From NCBI GenBank assembly GCA_050273025.1, contig CP158636.1, forward strand, positions 10,912,001-10,976,000: a DNA stretch of 64,000 nucleotides. The letters are read 5' to 3'. The stretch comes from Cenococcum geophilum (taxonomy: Eukaryota). The notes under the pieces are model-generated. The model was not told where the DNA came from. It searched no databases and saw only the letters and a program-made list of their open reading frames with translations. Every line of letters starts with the position of its first letter. Position 1 is the stretch's first letter. Position numbers and translations under genes: made by a program. Below are positions 60,451 to 64,000 of the stretch, piece after piece.

Positions 60451-61849
60451 ATAGCTAGCTATAACTACCAACAATTACTATTTTTTTTTATTTCGTTGCC
60501 ACTATTTATCTAATAGACTATAAATATAATAAGTAAGCCGAGCGGTTAAGTAGGATATATTATATATACCTTATTCATAATTAGCAGGAGAACTTGCTAG
60601 CTACGCTAAGAAACGCTTACGCCCCCTTTATCTCTTACGCAGATTATTTCCAGTCCCTTATAATCGCCTCTAGCCGAGTACTAAGCGGTACAGTACTATA
60701 GTATTTTAAGGTTCTTATTTTGTATATCTTACGGGAGCTAGTAGGGAGGGTGGCCGACCTACACCAGCTATACCCTTATAAGGTAGTAAATTCTATAGCT
60801 GTTTTTAGAGAGTTAAGTTAGTTAACTAGAGGTATAGCTAAGGTTGAGTTAGATCACAAGGCTACGAGGCTAAAATTAGCCCGCTTATTAAGTCTCTGCA
60901 CAGCTATAGGCCTACTAGCTATAAGCTTAGCTTACTAGATAATATAAGTAAATTACACAGCGGTAATTATATAGGACGTATAGAGTCGTTTCGCACTAGC
61001 CAGAATCGGTAATTGCTTTAATTAGAAGTACCGACTAGGGTAGCGACCTTATATAAATTTGCGCGCGATAGCAGGCATAAAGCTAGGAATAACTTCCTAC
61101 TATCGTAATAAGGCTCTAAGGCTGGGATACAACCCTTATATATATATTTAAGTGGTAAGAGCTTAATAGCAGCTTTCCTACGTACAAACTGGAAGTTTAA
61201 GCCTTGTTATTTAGGCAGTTAATATATATACTTTTAACGTAACGATGCCTAATATCTCTAAGGCCACAAGCATGCCACAGCTAAGAATTTAAAGTTTCTT
61301 CCATTATACCTTTACCCAGGTTTATTGGTTAACTAGTTGCATTTCCTGTTAGCTATATTGCCGCGTATATATAGCTTTAAGCCGCCGTAGGTTACCCAAC
61401 CTCTCTAACTCCTTTAATGGCGGCGGTAGGTTCTCACTTTCGGAAAGACAGGAGTGTGTATTACCGGTGTTTCCTAATAGTACTAGAAAGCTTTTAGCGG
61501 GCCCTAATATAAAGAATATATAAGCGCCGTAAATGTTAAGAAATTTAGAGAAAGACTATCTTAAGAAATACTAAGTATAGTAAATATACGCGGATAATAA
61601 GATTAGGTTAAGAACAGAATAGTAGTTAATATAGTACCAAAATTTTTCGGCATTAAACAGTACTAGTCTTAGGTAAACGGCCCCTATAGCTATATTGAGA
61701 AAATATATACCACCAGCGGCCACTAATAGATAGCCTAAACTAGTTTAATAAATAACTATACATTAACCTGTAGTGTAATAGAAAAATTAATTTACTAAGC
61801 TACTGTTTTATTTTGCCTAACTAATAAACTTTACTTTTTAGTTCTTTAA

Positions 61850-62950
61850 GGATAGCGGACTAAGTGTCTTTAATAAGCTCTTTATATTCCTTAAGGCATT
61901 TTTTAGTAAATATAATATTGCCTATAGAGCTGTACTAGTGTTAGCTCTAGTTTATATAAGTACGCCTTTAATATACAACGTAATATCTATTATTTTTATT
62001 ACGATAGTAGATATATATATTTTTAAAGTACGTATAAAGCTAAAGATATCCTAGCCTATATACTTAAATGTGGCCCAGTTATAAGCACCTAATTAAGCCG
62101 CCTAACTAATCTGTTTATTAAGCTCCTTATAACACTTGCTATAACTTTATAAAGGGAGCTTTAGTGCTATAAATTCGGTATTTATTATAGCTAATATCTA
62201 AGCAAGCCTTTCTAATGCTGTGTAGAGGGCTTTAAGCAGTTCTGTAAGTTCGGGTATAGGGCTTTAGCTTAGAAGGCCTCTAGCTATAAGGTATAGCGAT
62301 TAATCTAACTAAAAAGTATATGTTACTAGGTCCGCTAGATTAGAAATATTTTTTATTAAACCTATTATTTTATCGCTTATTATATATTAAGATAGGGTAT
62401 AACTTGCTAGATTTACCGTATTAAGCTATATATATAAAGCACGCTCTAATCTTTAGTTATTATATTATTTAGGCCAGACTGCTATAAGAATAAGTTATAC
62501 TAGATATAGAGATAGTAAGCATAAGAGCCATAAGAATAGCTAGTGGGGTTAAGTAGGGTTATAGTATAGATCTATACCTATTAAGAGTGAATAGGAATGC
62601 ATATATATAGCGTAAACAACATTCCATAGGCTAGATAATTGGAAGATAGAGCCATCCTAAGAATGCTATAGCTGCGGTATAAATAGACCTTCTATATACT
62701 ACTAAGTTACGATAATAAATCAAGCAGCTCTCGGAACCGATGCTAAAATATAAAGTAGTAGAAGAGTTTATAAAGACGTAGGTTATATAATTGTGTTTTT
62801 TAGGTATAGCTGTAGCGAAAACTTATTTAGTAGATATAAAGTAAAAAATGTATTATAACCACCTACGTGCTACACGAATAATTAAGAGCCCCTTTTATAG
62901 CTTATCCTAAGTTAACTTAATCAGAAAGCCTGCCAGGCGCTGCTCTATTA
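61850..62950 (-). pseudogene. RIP-degraded coding-like region, possibly a membrane protein
   Basis: The minus strand gives long stop-poor hydrophobic stretches (SIYTAAIAFLGWLYLPII). No domain recognised. Confidence 0.25.
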
Positions 62951-63099
62951 TAGCTTAAGGCTAGCATATACTAAAGGTTTTAAAGGTTACGAATTATGCC
63001 GACTTAAAACCTAAATTAGTACACTTTACTAACGTAATACCTTAATAGCAGTAAGGCGTAAGCCTAGGTATATAATTGCTATTACCTAAGTAATCTAGT

Positions 63100-64000
63100 T
63101 AGCTGTTAGCAACACTATTCTTCTAACTTAGACAAATCGCTAGGTAAACTAGCGTGGTCTAAATTGGCGTATTTAAACAAGAGGATCCTTGCGTGAAACT
63201 ATTATATAGTAGAGCATTATATAACTAAGTACCCCTTACAGCTGGGCGTACGGAGCGCGTAGGTTCGACGCTTTGTTGGACATGTTACAAAAAGACGGGG
63301 TTTAAGACGAGAGGGTAGTTACCTAGATCTGGCGATCCGTATCGGGATATTGCATATCGTAATTTGTTATCTGCTGGCATAGAAAACCCTATATTATAGT
63401 TTGTCGCTATGCCGTCAGGCTTACGCTTTTTAGGGCCTTGCGATCGTTTCCTAGAAAACTAAGCACATCTCTTCTATAAGACGAAGCCATCCTTATCGAA
63501 AAGAGTCACGTTCTTATTAGTTAAAAGAAGGCGTCGGCGTTCACGGCAGGTTAAAAATGCATTAAGAAGCGGAAAGATAGTCTATGCAAACCGCGCAAAA
63601 AGTATTTCAATGCTTAAGCTGAGTGTAAGGCGCAGTTATAATACAAGTGCTCTAGCTTAGCTAACGCTCTAACTAGGTATATTACAAGCCGTGGCTTTTT
63701 AGGGTTAGAAGACGGCTTAGGCACAAAGACAAACTTAGGCTTATTAAAGGCGATATAGAGATCGGTCCTAAGAAGAAGGGCATTTAAGAGATCGTTAAGA
63801 GTGTTTGCTGAGCTTATGTTATATCTTAACATCCTATTATTATACCACTAGTCAACTTCTTTTTGCGGACAAATATGCGCAACCTGGGTTCCTTCTTTAT
63901 AACTAGTTATACGGCACGAAACATCTCGAGCTTAAAGAGTAAGGGTAAGGTTCAATGTTGCGAAGGATTGCTCAGGAGCTATAAGGCCACAGCCTGCCGG
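63100..64000 (-). pseudogene. Fungal HNH-endonuclease-domain (HNH_2-like) gene, RIP-damaged, 5' end outside window
   Basis: RDVSCRITSYKEGTQVAHICP...NDLLNALLLRTDLYIAFNKPKFVFVPK matches the RDxxCxxT...AHIxP...NxxxLRxDxHxxFD pattern, followed by EILFARFA*TIF. The 3' end is approximate. Confidence 0.75.

Noticed and set aside
1..64000. Starship captain or definable Starship boundary
   Set aside because: No DUF3435-like tyrosine recombinase or element boundary was recognisable in the window.

Overview
Eukaryotic DNA from a filamentous ascomycete, judged by GT-AG introns with CTAAC/CTAAT branch sites and pervasive CpA->TpA RIP damage. Most of the window is a RIP-degraded transposon nest, and I could resolve LTR pairs and target-site duplications (TSDs) by eye. 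From left to right: a hAT remnant abutting a Copia LTR end (1-3698); a Gypsy nested in a Gypsy (14035-28641); a four-level Gypsy>Copia>Copia>Gypsy nest (29574-56888); three solo LTRs; a non-coding CACTA-like TIR element; and RIP-killed ankyrin-repeat and HNH genes at the right end. A largely RIP-spared island (~3.7-11.9 kb) holds three things: a chimeric HET-fragment/ankyrin/WD40/ankyrin NLR derivative, a tRNA-Gly(UCC) gene, and a ~1200-codon pseudogene with GIY-YIG-like and UDG-like motifs. The most striking observation is that the tRNA-Gly gene has a 49-nt insert in its D-loop carrying spliceosomal signals (GTACGT...CTAAT...CAG), rather than a canonical 37/38 tRNA intron. All calls come from manual reading; no searches were run.
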